Below are positions 62,923 through 64,000 of a stretch of DNA of 64,000 nt, in pieces (within the stretch, counting starts at the first letter, position 1; each line of letters opens with the position of its first letter). The notes under the pieces are model-generated. The model saw only the letters and a program-made list of their open reading frames with translations, was not told where the DNA came from and ran no database searches. The position numbers and the translations under genes were made by a program. The stretch spans positions 93,620,663 to 93,684,662 of the forward strand of contig JARDVH010000084.1 in assembly GCA_030324005.1 (NCBI GenBank), written 5' to 3'. This DNA is from Negaprion brevirostris. Taxonomy: Eukaryota.

Positions 62923-63397
62923 ATGTAAAATAGTGACCTGATCTCTATGCAGCCAGGTTTTGCCAGTGTGTTTCGGCCCAGACCCCTGTATGATATGTGA
63001 AACACGCCCCCTTGATTTTGTTTTAGTGGAGTGTCCTACAGCCTGGGGAAAAAGATCTCACTTTCCTTCCTGGAAACAACATTGCCATTTTTTAGTTATA
63101 TCTTGAGGCCATGGGCTAAATCTAGGTTGTTGATTTCGGATATAAATGAGAAAATTCCTCATTCAGACAACTGTGAATCTTTGAAATTCTGTTCCCCATG
63201 GTGCTGTGAATGCTCAGTCAATGCATACATAAGCCAAAGTTGAATGGAATTTTGTCTGCTAAAAGAAATAAGGGATGTGGGGATAAGGCAGGAAAGCCAG
63301 TTGATGCAGTAGTTCATCCATGACATTATCGAATGGGTGGTGCAGGAAACGAATTGTTTAGATTACTCATGTTACTATTGTTAAGGTCCCACCACAA

Positions 63398-63527
63398 TGG
63401 CCAGGATTTTCTGTCCCCACCTACTGCTGGGATCTTCCAGTCTTACCAAAAGTCAACGGACGTTTGGCTGGCCTGCTGCATCCCCCACAGCGGGTCTTGC
63501 CACAGACAGGCTAGAAAATCCCAGACA
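63398..63527. mobile_element. MITE-like element
   Basis: Inverted ends ggattttct and agaaaatcc; core shared with 10060-10190. Confidence 0.65.
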
Positions 63528-63814
63528 ATAGAGCAAAGAAAAGGCATTGTCAACTTTAACTGCTTCTTTGGTGAAAGTAGCCTGTAGGTCTACATCTGCT
63601 CAATAGCCTACAGGAAAAAGACTTCTCAGTTAATAAAGTGCAGATTATTCTATTCCTAATTTTTAATGTAGTCAAACACCAAACGGATTTCAGACCTGCC
63701 TGCCTAAACGTGCCCCAACGATCATAGATACAAGTTAAAATCTCACTGGAGAATTTCGTTTCAGTTATTTAAATACAATCAATATTTCATATCAATATAA
63801 AGTTTGGTATGCAC

Positions 63815-64000
63815 ACTCGGACTCAGCAACTTTTACGGATGCACCATAGAAAACATTCTTTCTTGTTATATCACTGCTTGGTACGGCAACTGCTCTACCC
63901 AAGACCGCAAAAAAAAAAGGTTGTAAACAAAGGAGCCCAGTCACCCAGTCACCCAAACCGACCCCCCACACATTGTCTATACTTTCTGCTGCCTCGGCAA
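63815..64000 (+). mobile_element. Rex1/Babar-type LINE fragment
   Basis: NFYGCTIENILSCYITAWYGNCS; same family as 9338-9810. Confidence 0.75.

Noticed and set aside
1-64000. CRISPR arrays, operons, rRNA or true tRNA genes, prokaryotic defence systems
   Set aside because: None seen. The DNA is vertebrate, the tRNA-like segments are SINE heads and the RT motifs belong to LINE or Gypsy elements.

Overview
This is vertebrate genomic DNA, not prokaryotic, and has many N gaps. The repeat set (CR1 LINEs, V-SINE/HE1-like and Deu-domain SINEs, Penelope-derived palindromes) points to a cartilaginous fish, probably a shark (inference). The one host gene I can reconstruct is a minus-strand CD2/SLAM-family immune receptor. 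Its exons are IgV 45490-45155, IgC2 40069-39779, transmembrane 36688-36566, and cytoplasmic 26900-26827 and 22695-22549. The tail ends in a canonical ITSM (TIYDEI). The exon phases join only through a non-canonical GC donor or an unseen micro-exon, and the leader exon is not securely located. Most of the rest is decayed transposons: CR1/L2/Rex LINEs, SINEs, a Gypsy LTR element, Harbinger transposase and Myb/SANT remnants, and a pogo/Tc2 transposon with nested insertions. Other structures include a ~400-bp inverted duplication, degenerate Penelope hammerhead palindromes and a CpG-retaining unique block. Most ORF-track entries are repeat remnants or gap-spanning artefacts. Repeat boundaries are approximate, and family names come from recalled consensus sequences, not from a database search.
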